A DNA stretch of 50,211 nt. It comes from Octopus bimaculoides (lineage: Eukaryota). Both the position numbers and the translations under genes were made by a program. The notes beneath the pieces are model-generated. The model saw only the letters and a program-made list of their open reading frames with translations, was not told the DNA's origin and searched no databases. The DNA lies in NCBI RefSeq assembly GCF_001194135.2, contig NC_068984.1, positions 62,833,141 through 62,883,351 of the forward strand, given 5' to 3'. Each line of letters starts with the position of its first letter. Position 1 is the first letter of the stretch. Shown here piece after piece: positions 24,068-36,599 of the stretch.

Positions 24068-24301
24068 TTATTTATTTATTGGCCACAAGGGGCTAAACAT
24101 AGAGGTGACAAACAAGGACAGACAAAATGATTAAGTCGATTACATCGACCCCAGTGCGTAACTGGTACTTAATTTATCGACCCCGAAAGGATGAAAGGCA
24201 AAGTCGACCTCGGCGGAATTTGAACTCAGAGCGTAACGGCAGACGAAATACTGCTAAGCATTTCGCCTGGTGTGCTAACGAATCTGCCAGCACGCCGCCT
24301 C
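24068..24301 (-). mobile_element. Young Meta-type SINE with an alternative 3' tail
   Basis: Core gaccccgaaaggatgaaaggcaaagtcgacctcggcgg is intact. rc tail ...tgtttagccccttgtggccaataaataaat differs from the copy at 12558. Confidence 0.9.
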
Positions 24302-24304
24302 AAA

Positions 24305-24306
24305 GT

Positions 24307-24349
<43 letters not shown>

Positions 24350-24363
24350 AATANNNNNNNNNN

Positions 24364-24396
<33 letters not shown>

Positions 24397-24518
24397 AATA
24401 TAGAAAGAAAGAAAGAATGAAAGAAAGAAAGAAGAAGAAGAAGAAGAAGAAAAAGAAGAAGAAGAAGAAGAAGAAGAAGAAGAAGAAGAAGAAGAAGAAG
24501 AAGAAGAAGAAGAAGAAG

Positions 24519-24549
<31 letters not shown>

Positions 24550-24550
24550 T
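24305..24550. repeat. (GAT)n and (AAG)n microsatellites
   Basis: Directly visible. Confidence 0.95.
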
Positions 24551-24734
24551 GTTGATCACACAAAATATCATGATATGGGTTTTGAAGGCACTCAAAGTCT
24601 TCAAAATTTCAAATAATATCATTCTACTGATAGGCGAACAGAACTAAGGAAGGGTAACTTCCTTTCGGAAAAGTTAAAATGGATAGGAACATTCTCCAGT
24701 TTAAAAGATTATTCCTTTCTAATATTTCTCATGA

Positions 24735-24950
24735 TTCTTCTCTCCGTTCTCCTAGATATAAGAGCAGGTAAATCTCAATATTATGGATAGACCTGGAGAT
24801 ATTTAACCATTGTTATTCATGGATATGTTATACAAGAAACCTGTGACGGAATTGGATACTCTAGTCCATATGATGAGATTGTTTAGCTCTAATATAAGGA
24901 TGAAATTTATTATTCAAATGTGTGGGATGTGCGATGAAGAAAGGAAAGAG
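24735..24950 (+). mobile_element. R4/Dong-type (RLE) retrotransposon RT fragment
   Basis: LFMD-MLY...ELDTLVHMMRLFSSNIRMKF...MC resembles HLLFMDDLKLY...ELDSLV..V..FS.DI.M.FG..KC. Confidence 0.65.
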
Positions 24951-25169
24951 AATTGCTATACCGTATTTTCCGGCATACAAGTCGAATTTTTCAGTTCAAA
25001 ATTTACACTTTGAAGGAGCACATGAAATTCATCAGGATTTGGAAACCTAGAGACCATGCTTGTCATTTTGTACTACATGTTTACACGTCGACTTGTATGC
25101 CGGAAAATATGTTAGGAGAAACGAAATTAACAGAGTGAATGTAATGATTTAAAAAATTTTTCTATCTAT

Positions 25170-25612
25170 TACTTGTTTTAGTCATTGGACTGCAACCATA
25201 CCTATGCATCACCTTGAAGAATAATTAGTTGAATGTATTGACCCAAGTATTTATTTTATTTCATTTTCTAGGTCCTTTGCTTATTCTATCGATCTTTGGC
25301 CGAACCACTAAGTTACCGGGACGTAAACACACCAATAACGGTTGTCAAGCGGTAGATGTGAACAAACACTGACATACGGACACGCAGATATACATACATT
25401 AACACACACATCTATATATATATACATACATACATATAAGCATACGAAGGGTATCTTCCAGTCTCCGTCAATCAAATCCCCCTACAAGGTTTTGGTCAGC
25501 CTGAGGACATAGTAGAAGACATTTGCTTAAGTTGCCACGTCTTAGGTATCCGCAGTGTGACTGAACCCGGAACCATGTAATTTGGAAGCAAGCTTCTAAC
25601 TACATAGACATG
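25170..25612 (-). mobile_element. SINE family A (older copy)
   Basis: Colinear with 21457-21830: ccgaaccactaagttaccgggacgtaa; acaaggttttggtcagcc; gaacccggaaccatg. Confidence 0.8.
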
Positions 25613-26589
25613 TGAGATGTGTACGGAAAGTAGACATACACGACTGTACGTTTGGGGAAGCTATTTTTGAAAGTGAATATTTCCAATCGCAAGAAGAATA
25701 TTAAACCCAAAGGTAATGGTATAACTACCATGATAACCATTTCCTGACGCCAGTATAATTAAAGAGACAAACGAAAACCTTGGCAAGGTCGATGAAGGGC
25801 ACTTTTAATCTGCAAAGTTTCACGCAAACAAATTGTTTTTCGATCAACAATATTTCTCAGGAAATAATAAAAGGTGAGCGCTGGTTTGATAGGATTTTCT
25901 CGGATTGGAGATAAAGAGTTCGAGGAAGAACGTTACTAAGATTTTTTGTTTTCTTTTATGTCTATATGAGGGGATAAGAGAATATGTGAAAGAACGAAAA
26001 ACGATGTGAATGCATCAGAGTTGAAAAACGACGATATAGACAGAAGATTTTTTTTTTATGCCAAATTATTTGAGATATAGTTAAGGGTACCGAGTCACAA
26101 GTTCTTTCAATTTGCTGAAGTAAGTTTTCAAGAAAGAGGCAGGAGGCTGGAACCTAGCCATACAGGATGAAACAATCAAGATAGATGAGAAAGAATATGA
26201 ATAATAAAGAAATCGGAATTGCACGTAGAATGATTGATGAGAGAGTAGTGTCTGTTGGGCATGTAGTCACAGAATAAGAACTTGTGACAACAAATCTGCT
26301 ATAATCTTTCACCAGTGGTAGTAACAACAGCTTGAGATGATGGGTAGAAGCTTAAATGATTAACTTATTATGTTGGGTATTAAGATGAATTTCATTACTC
26401 TGCATGAAGCTTGTTTGAATAGTAAATAAATGACTATAAAAAGCGATACATATCTACGCTTGCGAAATGCGAATAGAGAACAAGCAAATAAACTGACAAA
26501 TGAGGAGTAATAAATATCAAAGCATATCTATTTTAATCAAAATTTCCTCAGATGTGATAGAAGGTGCTAGTAGATTATAACGACCATAG

Positions 26590-26930
26590 TACTAGACTGG
26601 TACTTTATTTCGTCGACAACGAAATGAAGAAAAGCAAAGTTGATTCCAGCGGGATTTGAACTTAGAAGCAATACCGCAGAACATTTTCTTCAGATTCTCT
26701 AATGGGGTTTTCAATTCACAGATTTTAAAAGCTCTTTCTAATTTCAGTGCGTGGCCAGTGCGGTGCATTTGAGGGAAGGGAGAAAGTTCTAGTTACTTAA
26801 ACGGCCCTAACACTTGATTGGTGCTTTATTTTCTCGACTCAGAGAGGATGGCAGCGAAGTGAACTGCAGCGTATAATGAATCCTAGAGGTAAGAGGCCGG
26901 AAGAAATACTGTAAGGCGTTCTTCTACAGC
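26590..26930 (-). mobile_element. Two degenerate Meta-type SINE copies (26590-26705 and 26735-26930)
   Basis: ctggtactttatttcgtcgac...aaagcaaagttgattccagcgggatttgaac; ctttattttctcgactcagagaggatggcagcgaagt. Confidence 0.55.
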
Positions 26931-27463
26931 TATAATGGTGCTTTAGGGTGTTTAGAAATAATAGAAATTTTTTATACTACTTGATTTAATGATATTCCAG
27001 TATGTTATGTATATTATCAGATGATCGAGGTGATGGTGGTGATGATGATGACGACGACGACAACAATGATATTGATGTAGATGATCAAGTGTTGGGGTGG
27101 TACTTGTCGTGGTGGTAATTGTCGTGGTGGTTGTGATGACTGATGACATGTCTACATGTCAGGCACATTAAATAGCTAATTTATTACAAGTGACACTACT
27201 ACGTTAGAATATATAAACATTTACTTTGAAAATATTGGTCATTAGCATTGAATAATGGCGTTAAGAATACAAGATTTCTTACAGCAGAATAAAAAGAAAC
27301 ATTACTTATATCAGATATTATTATCAACATGAACATAGTCCCATTAGACATATTATTCTTCTACAGTTCACACAATTTAATTCATAAAAAATGTTTAGAA
27401 TATACTTTCGTTGAGATGATCAATTAACAAATCTGCATTAATTCCAATATGTTTGTAGAGTAT

Positions 27464-27534
<71 letters not shown>

Positions 27535-27611
27535 TATATGTGTGCGTGCGTATACATACATATATATATACTCATTTATACAAATATAAACACATTAACA
27601 TACGCATACAC

Positions 27612-27654
<43 letters not shown>

Positions 27655-27655
27655 T
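27464..27655. repeat. (TA)n microsatellites
   Basis: Directly visible. Confidence 0.95.
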
Positions 27656-29145
27656 ACGTCTGTGTGTTGATGTGTGCACTAAAAATATTTAAACTGTTCT
27701 GGCTGTGAAAGAAAATAGTTGTTTTGAATGCTGAATTCTCAAATGACTGTTTTGTTTAGCATTGTGCATTTTTCCACCATATACATTTGTTGCTGTTTGA
27801 ATTAAATGGCAAATCAGTAACCTTATGAACTTGATTATTATAAATTCTAGAAGTACTTTTAGTATAATGCCTTTTAGATATTACTCCCCCTGTCTTACAA
27901 CAGTATGTGTGTGTGTATGTATGTGTATGCTTGCGTGTTTGACTGCTCATAAAACACACATGCGCATGTACCCACATTGAGTTCATCAGAAGTTTAACAT
28001 TGAATAAAGCAGTTAAAATTATTCCAACGAGAATTCTATTTGCTCAATTCTAGTTGCTCTTTCTTCATCTCTTCAATCATATTTTACAACTGAATAGCAA
28101 TATTTTCGCATACGATGATGCTTAGTTGGACACATATGCATACAGTGAATATCATTCCCATTCATTCATTCCGATACCCATACATACGTATTTAATCACA
28201 CATACGCGTAAGTTTTTGAGAATAATAAGAAAATCACAAGTGAATGAAAACCTTTGCATGTAATCATTCACTCTACTCAATGGAGCAAGGAAAAATCTCA
28301 CCAACAAACCATTTTTCTCAATAGACATTTCATGTTTAAGATCATAGAACAGAAATATTTATAGAGATTTAACACATCAGGCTATTTTTATGCAAAGAAT
28401 ACATAACAACTTCAGCAACCAGCAAAAGTTTATATTTCAACCATTTTAACTAACATTAACATCAGCAAATATTTTGATTCGACTACAGGCTTCCAACCAT
28501 ATTTAAACACACGGCTCAAAACGCTTTAAATCACAATGTAAATATAATCTAGTGAAGTAACCCCATCAAAGTATACACACTTACATATTAACATATGCAC
28601 ATACACGCACACATACTGTATATGGAAACTTTCATACAAAATGTTCACGATATTGTTTTTATAACAGAATATCGTGAACATGTGTGTTTATACATCTAAA
28701 TATATATGTAATACATATTTATGCACGTGAATATATATATATATATATATATATANNNNNNNNNNNNNNNNNNNNNNNNNNNNNNNNNNNNNNNNNNNNN
28801 NNNNNNNNNNNNNNNNNNNNNNNNNNNNNNNNNNNNNNNNNNNNNNNNNNNNNNNNNNNNNNNNNNNNNNNNNNNNNNNNNNNNNNNNNNNNNNNNNNNN
28901 NNNNNNNNNNNNNNNNNNNNNNNNNNNNNNNNNNNNNNNNNNNNNNNNNNNNNNNNNNNNNNNNNNNNNNNNNNNNNNNNNNNNNNNNNNNNNNNNNNNN
29001 NNNNNNNNNNNNNNNNNNNNNNNNNNNNNNNNNNNNNNNNNNNNNNNNNNNNNNNNNNNNNNNNNNNNNNNNNNNNNNNNNNNNNNNNNNNNNNNNNNNN
29101 NNNNNNNNNNNNNNNNNNNNNNNNNNNNNNNNNNNNGTGAAAGGG

Positions 29146-29197
<52 letters not shown>

Positions 29198-29399
29198 TAT
29201 ATACACGCACATAAAATGTACACATACATATATGCGTTGATGGAAACTATTATTACGCATGGCATAAATATATACAAGAATATGAAAATTCTTGCACACA
29301 CAGATAGCTGAAAGCACAAGTATATGCCTATTCACAAACGTATAAATTTATGGTGAAGCACGTTTTTTTGAATATGTAACCGGCTTTAGTTTATTTTGT

Positions 29400-29880
29400 A
29401 TGTGACGGAAGTCAAACCCAGCCTGTGAGATATAGCAATCAAATCTCTATCAATTCACATTCTCCCACTGATAGAAAATCCTCCCTGATAATTTCTTCGG
29501 TACCCAAGCATAATTCCAATACTTGGTTTTGTCCATGATTATCCCAATGGACCGTCTGACTCAGGTATATTCTACTCATCTAAAGCGTCCTCGATGACAT
29601 AAAAGATGCAGAATGTGAGAGTTTATTTTGTTTAGAACATCACCTTATTTTTTACAAGTCAAATATCTGCCTAAATTCATTTTTTAATATACCACAGTTT
29701 AATTTCCCATTTCAGCATAAGACCACTCCAGATTTAAAACTTCCGAAGTTAACCTCTCTTACACTACTAAGCTTAATCTTGCGTCTATAATCGTGGTTTG
29801 TAATAGACGAAACTATCTTATCTATTCACAATCTAGTGTATCTCCTTCAATATAATAATCTTAACAATGTTACCGTCGTT
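29400..29880 (+). pseudogene. Decayed LRR remnant VI
   Basis: Single-frame LYQFTFSH**KILPDNFFGTQA*FQYLVLSM (29445-29537) fits LxxLxLSHNxIxxLPxxxFxxxxxLxxLxLSxN. Also EVNLSY (~29747) and NLVYLLQYNNLNNV (~29830-870). Confidence 0.5.
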
Positions 29881-30034
29881 GTAACTAATGCAAATATCAC
29901 AGTTTCAGTAACAATTACCATATCTTCCATTATTTCAACCCTTATAAGAAAAACCAAACTGAAGTTAAGTGTGGAATCAGAGATTAGGAATAAAAATCAA
30001 AACTTATCAAGGAATTATTCAAACAGCATCGACG

Positions 30035-30105
<71 letters not shown>

Positions 30106-30234
30106 GCTGCTACTTTTCCTTCTGTTGCTACTGTTGTTACTGCTACTAATAATATGAATAACAATATTAGTTGAAATATATTAATTTATTTATACGAATA
30201 CCGGTAATGTAATTAAAGACAGCCATGTGTTTGT

Positions 30235-30298
<64 letters not shown>
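30035..30298. repeat. (ACT)n (30035-30103) and (AAT)n (30238-30298) microsatellites
   Basis: Directly visible. Confidence 0.95.
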
Positions 30299-30300
<2 letters not shown>

Positions 30301-31410
30301 AGCTTTATTATCATTAACTGGAATCTTACAGGACTCCAATGCCTGGACAGGAAGACAAGAAAACTACTAACATCTAAGAACATGCACCACCTAAAAGCAA
30401 ATGTTGATCGTCTGTACCTATGCATAAGTAATGGGGGAAGAGGAATGATGCAAGCAGAACTGTGCTATAATACTTCCACAATAGCAATGAACAAGTACTT
30501 ATCTAGTATAGAAGACTGTATGCTGCGGGTTTGTGCAAACAGGAATACAGCAAAAGATCGCATTATTTTGCCAAGGAAGTTTTGCAAATTCGCAAGGGAA
30601 CTTGGCATTAACACTGAGTTAAATGAGGAACGTGAAACCACTGCCACGTAAAGAGCAAAATGGATCAAACACAATACAAAAAAAGAACGGACATAAACAA
30701 ATTGAGGAGTGGTGGAGCCAGAAGCCTCCGCATGGACAGTATACACTTCAAAGCCGAAATGCTGATGTAGACCAAGCAACAACCCATCAGTTGCTGAGAG
30801 ACTGAAGGTTTCATATTGCCGGCACAAGATCAAAGCTTGCTTGCCAAAAACTACCAGGCTAACGTTCCTCAACACAGTTCTTACCCTAAATGCAGATTTT
30901 GCGATAAATTTGATGAAACAATACACAATCTTTTCTCGTGATGTCCTGTGCTGACACCAAACGAATACAAAACTTGCCACGATAGGGTAGGACAGTATTT
31001 ACATTGCAAAATATGTAAACACTGCAAAATCAACACTTCTGCTTACTGGTACAAATATTATCTTGTGCGAGTCGTTGAAAGTATAAATGTCCCTATCCAC
31101 TGGGAGTTTCCAGTCAAGATTGGACAGTACGATGCATGATAATTGACCAGACATAGTCACCAAAGACAAAGAGGAAAATACTTGTAGACTAATAGATGTA
31201 AGTGTTCTCACTGATAAAAATATATCTGTAAAGGAATTGAACAAATTAAGTAAATATAAAGACCTGGAAATTGAAATACAAAAAGATGAGGCATCTTAAA
31301 TCGAGAATTGTTCCTGTTACTGAGAATGCCTTAGGTATGATAAGAAAAGGATGTCAGAAACATCGAGATAGTATTCTAGGAGCTTCCCATTATATATATT
31401 TGGTTTTGCT
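30295..31410 (+). mobile_element. R4/Dong-clade non-LTR retrotransposon, C-terminal remnant
   Basis: YSFIIINW...LDRKTRKLLT..MHHLKANVDRLY..GGRG; Zn knuckle CRFCDKFDETIHN..*CPVL; HDRV; decayed PD..D RLE nuclease region; KY.DLEIEI; LGMI.KG. Confidence 0.85.
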
Positions 31411-31503
31411 TCATCTCTACGTGTCATTATTTCTTAATTTTCCGGTGGATTATCTCATCGGAAGAGGGAGTTTGGCCACCGTGTTTATATTGTGGTGGAA
31501 GAA

Positions 31504-31548
31504 GGCGTGGTCACGTGATGCGCTGGACCAATCAGCGTGCGCCATTCA
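31504..31548. promoter_or_regulatory. GC-rich cluster of promoter-type motifs
   Basis: GGCGTGG (Sp/KLF-like), palindromic E-box TCACGTGA (31511-18) and NF-Y box GACCAATCAG (31526-35) lie within 45 bp. No transcript evidence. Confidence 0.3.
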
Positions 31549-31608
31549 CCGAGAGTGGCCGAAAAAGAGGCTACAGTGTTACATCATCTTGTATTAAAAT
31601 GGGTATAG

Positions 31609-33950
31609 CAGAGGTCCATAGCTGTTTACTGGTATGTGGAACATAGCAAATTATGGCAGATGATTTACGATGTGTTGTCAGTGCTCAAACATTAACTATT
31701 TTTGTGCCTAATATATATAAAATTGATGATTTCCAGCTAGACATGGTCTCATAAAACATCAATTTTAGGTAGAAAAACATATTTTTATTGTTTTGCTGTG
31801 TTTGCACACGAAAGAGAAGGCTTTGTGGGACCGAAAGACACTGTCATCTCAATATAGACAATCCTACCCAAAACTTTCATATTGTTATTTCATGACCCTT
31901 CAAAAAGGATAAATATGTGAAAAGGAAAGATATTAGAGACGAGTCTAAGTCCTGAGCCGAAAAAAACCATCAACGTCTTTTATTCAAAAGAGAAACATTA
32001 ATCGACAATATTGTGAAAATTATTTGAAATTTGGATTTTATTGATCTGGTGACGTTGACAAAACAAGTCAATGCGTAGAGTGAGGTGCAACAATGTCAAA
32101 TGGATCCATAGTACCCAGCAAGTTAGAAAGACATTTTAATTCAAAACATTTATCCCTTAAAGATAAAAATCTTGATTACTTTCAAAGACTGTTTAGAGCA
32201 GAAATCAAAACAGCGAAGTTATTTTGAAAAAACAATGAACGTGTCTGAACGAGCTCAACTAGCGTCAATCCAAGTGGCTGAAATAATAGCATTAACATCT
32301 AAATCCCACACGCTTGCTGCGTCAGTCATCCTCCTGGCTTGCAAAAAGATGGTAAAATCCATGTTTGGTGAAAAGGCTGTGAAGGAATTGAACAATATCC
32401 CGCTTTCAAATGATATAATACTAGAAAAATCCTAGATATATCGAAAAATATTGAAGATAATGCTTAAACAAAGCTTAAGAATTCTAATTTTGCTTTAACG
32501 TGGATGTAATCGATTGACATCAGTAATAAAAGTCAATTGTTTGAATTTATACTTTTTGTTGACGAGAATGAAATAATCAATCAATTCTTGTGCTGTAAAG
32601 AAATGTCCAAGAGGTCAATATATTTTTGATTTGATAGCAGGCTACCTAAATAACTGAATTCGTTTTGGAGGCATTTGCACCGATGGAGCCCCACGCATGA
32701 CAGGCTGTATTGAAGGAACTGTATCCTTCGTAGAAAAAGAAGATCCAAATCTTTTTTGTACTCATTGCTTTCTACATCAAGATGTTCTCGTTTCAAAAAT
32801 ATCGCAGGAAAATTTAATGGTTGTGTTACATAAAGTTATTGGAGTGGTCAATTATATAAAAAGTAAGCTATTGAAGCCAAAATTATTTGAACAAGTGTGC
32901 AAAGAGATGGACTATCAGCTTATTAAGTTATTAATGCACACTGAGGTTCGCTGGTTGTCGATAGGCAAAGTACCAAATCGTGTTCACGAACTGCACAAGA
33001 AATTACTAACATTTTTTCTCCAGGAAAAGCAGGAGACATTCTGTGAATAACTTAGTTGCGAATTCTGGATAGCTGAAATGGAATTTCTAACAGAAATAAT
33101 TAGTGAACTAAATAAAACAAACTATGGTATGCAAGTTCAAAGCGAAAATATTCTCACTTCAACAGACAATTAAGTTGCCTTCAAAAAGAAAATTGCAATT
33201 TGGAACAAAAGAGCAATCGCTGGCAATCTTGATATGTTCCCTTTATTACGTTCTACCTGCATTAGAGAAATGATTTCTATTGTGGTTACTCATCTGACAG
33301 CCCTGGGCGAATGCATCGACAATTACTTTTCGTCATTAAAGGCAGAAAAGTATGATTTGATTAGGGATCGTTTCATAAATCATTCTTCCAAAGTTGAACT
33401 TGAGTTACAGGAAAAAGAAATGGTCACCCTTTCTAGCGACTGAGGGTTCAAATTAAAACATTCGACTCTGCTCATTGATTCATTTTGGATGTCAAGTCAA
33501 GAGGAGTATCCCATATTACGTAAGAGAGCTTTAGCAATTTTATTACCATTTTCAAATTCTTATATATATATATATATATATATATGAATTAGGCTTCTTA
33601 ACATTAAACAACATCAAAAACAAGAAGCGCGAGAGATTACGTACAACGAAAGACGAAATGAGTGTATTTGTCTCATATCCAACCGAACATTGAGGAATTT
33701 ATGAATAAAAACCAGGCAAAAATTTCTCACTAAAGACGCCAGCTATTTGACTGATGAAATTCGAAAAACTGCAATATAGTCAGTTCATAGCTGTGTTTTT
33801 CTTTATTTAGTTTGTGCCTATGATTATTCTGTGTCTACGATTGTATGCCGTCTATGACTTGCCATGCCTATATTTTGAAAAATTCAAATATTTTTCACAT
33901 ATATTTAGCCAGGTGTGCCGCTATTTTTTCATGTGTCCACCACCATTTGT
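31609..33950 (+). mobile_element. hAT (Buster/Charlie, ZBED5/SCAND3-like) transposon remnant
   Basis: ~31905-33732: RQYCENYLKFGF, PSKLERHF..KH, IPLSNDI, FCTHCFLHQDVLVSK, LLMHTEVRWLSIGKV, LLPFSNSY..ELGF. Many stops and frameshifts. The 3' end is cut by a PLE. Confidence 0.9.
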
Positions 33951-33954
33951 TTTT

Positions 33955-34580
33955 GCTAAGGGGTAGTGTAATCTATATTTTTAGAAATTGGGGTTGGGTT
34001 GTATAGCCTGTTTTTGTTATCCGTTTTAGCTTTTGACCTAGTGGTATATATGTGGGTGTTGGATCTAAGCTGTCTTAATCTGGGTTCTCCCTGGGCCCTA
34101 GTATAGTGTATGTATGGTCTGTTATGATTATGAAAGTTAGCATATCGTTGTGATATGACTTGAGATATATTTTCTTGAATCACGTATTAGAGATGTAATT
34201 TATTTGTATGGAGAAGCCGCTGGCAGCGAGCGTTTGGTTGTAATATGGGGCGTCGTTATTGAATATTTCTTTAGTGGATGATAGGTCAGATATAAGAATC
34301 GAGATACTCTTAACTATATTATCAAAGGTGGATTTGTGGTGATTGAAATAAATGTTTAATTACTTTGGGTACTGGTTGGATTTGTGATATGGGGGGTATT
34401 GGAAGGTTTTTAAGTTTAAAGTAACGTCTAAAAATTTAGTAGTAGGAATTTTCAAAAGTAATAGATAGGTTGAGGTAAGAGAAAAATTTATGTAGATCTT
34501 TCCTAATTCGTTCTCAAGAGTGATTAGCAAAACGTCATATCTGTATAGACCTTCCTTGATGTTAGGGAAGTATATATAGA
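33955..34580 (-). mobile_element. Penelope-like RT C-terminal fragment
   Basis: GLYRYD (cf. GLYRDD), ERIRKDLHKFF, FLDVTLNL, APYYNQTLAASGF. Confidence 0.8.
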
Positions 34581-34599
34581 GCTAACGTAGGAGGCCTTT

Positions 34600-35299
34600 C
34601 AAACATATCACCCTACCTCCCAGTTCCACACATATTCCTTCCTTACATACTCATCTCCTTCTCTCTACCCCTATTCTTTTTTTGATAGCTCTCTTCTCCT
34701 ATCCCCTCACAATATATTGACCACCATCTAGCACTCCTTTCTTCATTTTCCCCCTCTTTTTTTTCTTTCGTTCTTTCTTCTTTCCTCCCCTATTCCTTTT
34801 GACTAATACCATTCTCCTCCTAACATACATATCTATACTCTTCTCTCTATCTACTTACCCTTTCCAGTATGTTCTCAAAAGTTCACTCACACTACAAAAC
34901 TCATTTGAATGAACAGCACATGTAATTTATGTCTCCACAGTATCCACTTGTAGTAACAAAATAGAAACTCCTATCGGAATCTACATTCTATGGACAAGAA
35001 GCATTTCTACCCATTCTACACAGCACTTTCCTTGGATAATACAATTGCAACCGTAACATCCTACATATATTTTTTACTTTTATTTCTATTCCCTTATTTC
35101 CATTCATACTTCCTATATCCATCCTTTTCCAAAATAACCCTTTATATTGAACTCTGCTATTTCCTTCTAGTTAACTCTCTCATATCGTCTCTGATGAAGG
35201 GATATCCTTAAAACATCAGAAACCGCCGTAGGTCTAACTTTCTCTTTATAAATGTCCTGTAAATTCCACACAGCCTTGGTTTTGTTGTCTCATTTTATT

Positions 35300-35305
<6 letters not shown>
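34600..35305 (+). mobile_element. Penelope-like 3' end / pLTR (family B) with degenerate hammerhead
   Basis: Pyrimidine-rich. Homologous to the reverse complement of 42555-42830 and 42050-42160. CTGATGA at 35191, GAAAC at 35219. Confidence 0.75.
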
Positions 35306-35351
<46 letters not shown>

Positions 35352-35740
35352 GTTACTGTAAATGCTTCATACAACATGCATTATATGCGCTACTAAAAGT
35401 TTCACGTACGTAAGTACATTCATCAGGCGTTGATTTTATATATACACATCTGTGAGAGTGTGTGTGTACGTGCGTGCAAAAGCTTTTTATTTCGGCTTAG
35501 TTAGTCTTTGCTACTCTGGAGTTTTCACCTATGCAGTTACGATGTAATCCGGTAGATTTAAACTTATCTGATGTCACTGTCAACACACGCAAAACACCAG
35601 AATAGTAAGGTGCTTACTGGAACAAAATGTATTGTTAATCGCTTCTATGGTAATGAGTAATCTTTCTTGCGACAGTCAGCAATGAGCATACATATGTTGC
35701 CGTCTATATATACAGGCCTGTACTCTACGTCTCATTCTAA

Positions 35741-36265
35741 GGTGACTGGTTCTTGTCTTGAGGGCTCGTGGCTGCTGGTGTCACGTATAAAACGCTCGTG
35801 ATTGTACCACGTAAAGGTACACGTTACGGTGTCACGTGAGAGGACCCATACTGGTGCAAATTAAAAGTACCTAGCCTGATGCCGCATAAGAATTCCGTGC
35901 CGGTGTCACAGGAAAATACGGTTGCCGGTGTCACATAAAAGCGCCGGTGCAGGTGTCTCATAAATGTGCCGGTGCTGCTGCCACGTAAAAAGCACCGAGT
36001 AAATTTTGTGAACTGGTTGATGTTAGGAAGGGCATTTAGCTGTAGAAACCATGCCGAAACAGAGAAATAGAACTTGGGCAGCTGTCCAGTTGGCCAGCTC
36101 CTGTCAAATCTTCCAACCCATGTCAGCATTGAAAACAGGTTTTATATGATGACGATGATGATCATGGTGATGATGATGATGATGATGGCGATGATGATGA
36201 TGAGGAGGAGGACGAGGACGATGATGATGAGGATTATAGTGACGATCATGATGATGATCATGATT

Positions 36266-36299
<34 letters not shown>

Positions 36300-36300
36300 C
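35741..36300 (+). mobile_element. SINE with an internal ~25-bp minisatellite and a (GAT)n tail
   Basis: About 9 degenerate units of GTGCCGGTGCCACGTAAAAAGCACC, then gatgttaggaagggcat...aacccatgtcagcattgaaaac, then (GAT)n. Confidence 0.8.
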
Positions 36301-36599
36301 ACAGATACACACACACACACACATATAATCATACATATACATACATATAATCAAATCCACGCACTTTACGTAAGTACAAGTGTTCGGTCATATATAAGTA
36401 TGCATAAAATATACAATACCTTTATGTATATATACAGAGAAGATTCTAGATAATACACTCATTACATTAATCATTATATTGAGCATGATTTTATCTGATA
36501 AACTTTGCAGGCACTACCTGTACCGAATGTTAATTAATGAAATCGTTGAGTGCTAATTACACAAACACGATATATCACGACAGTATTTGTGAAATAGAT

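Larger units (their letters stand above)
25650..28560 (-). pseudogene. Decayed TLR-like gene remnant V
   Basis: Minus strand, in order: TFAG (28418-29), SIEKNG (28311-25), YNNQVHKVTDLPF (27804-42), DHLNESIF (~27410), then TCPTDTTLSSIILRAIPISLLFIFFLIYLDCFILY (26160-264; Cys plus TM), then TIR-like DAFTSF (~26000) and NIVDRKTI (25831-54). Confidence 0.45.

Noticed and set aside
33750-33782. CTGATGA-AATTC-GAAA hammerhead-like string
   Set aside because: No helix II can form and helix III lacks pairing. It lies in the hAT 3' region and is probably chance.
35776-36000. CRISPR-like repeat array
   Set aside because: Units are contiguous degenerate repeats with no unique spacers, inside a eukaryotic SINE, with no cas genes.
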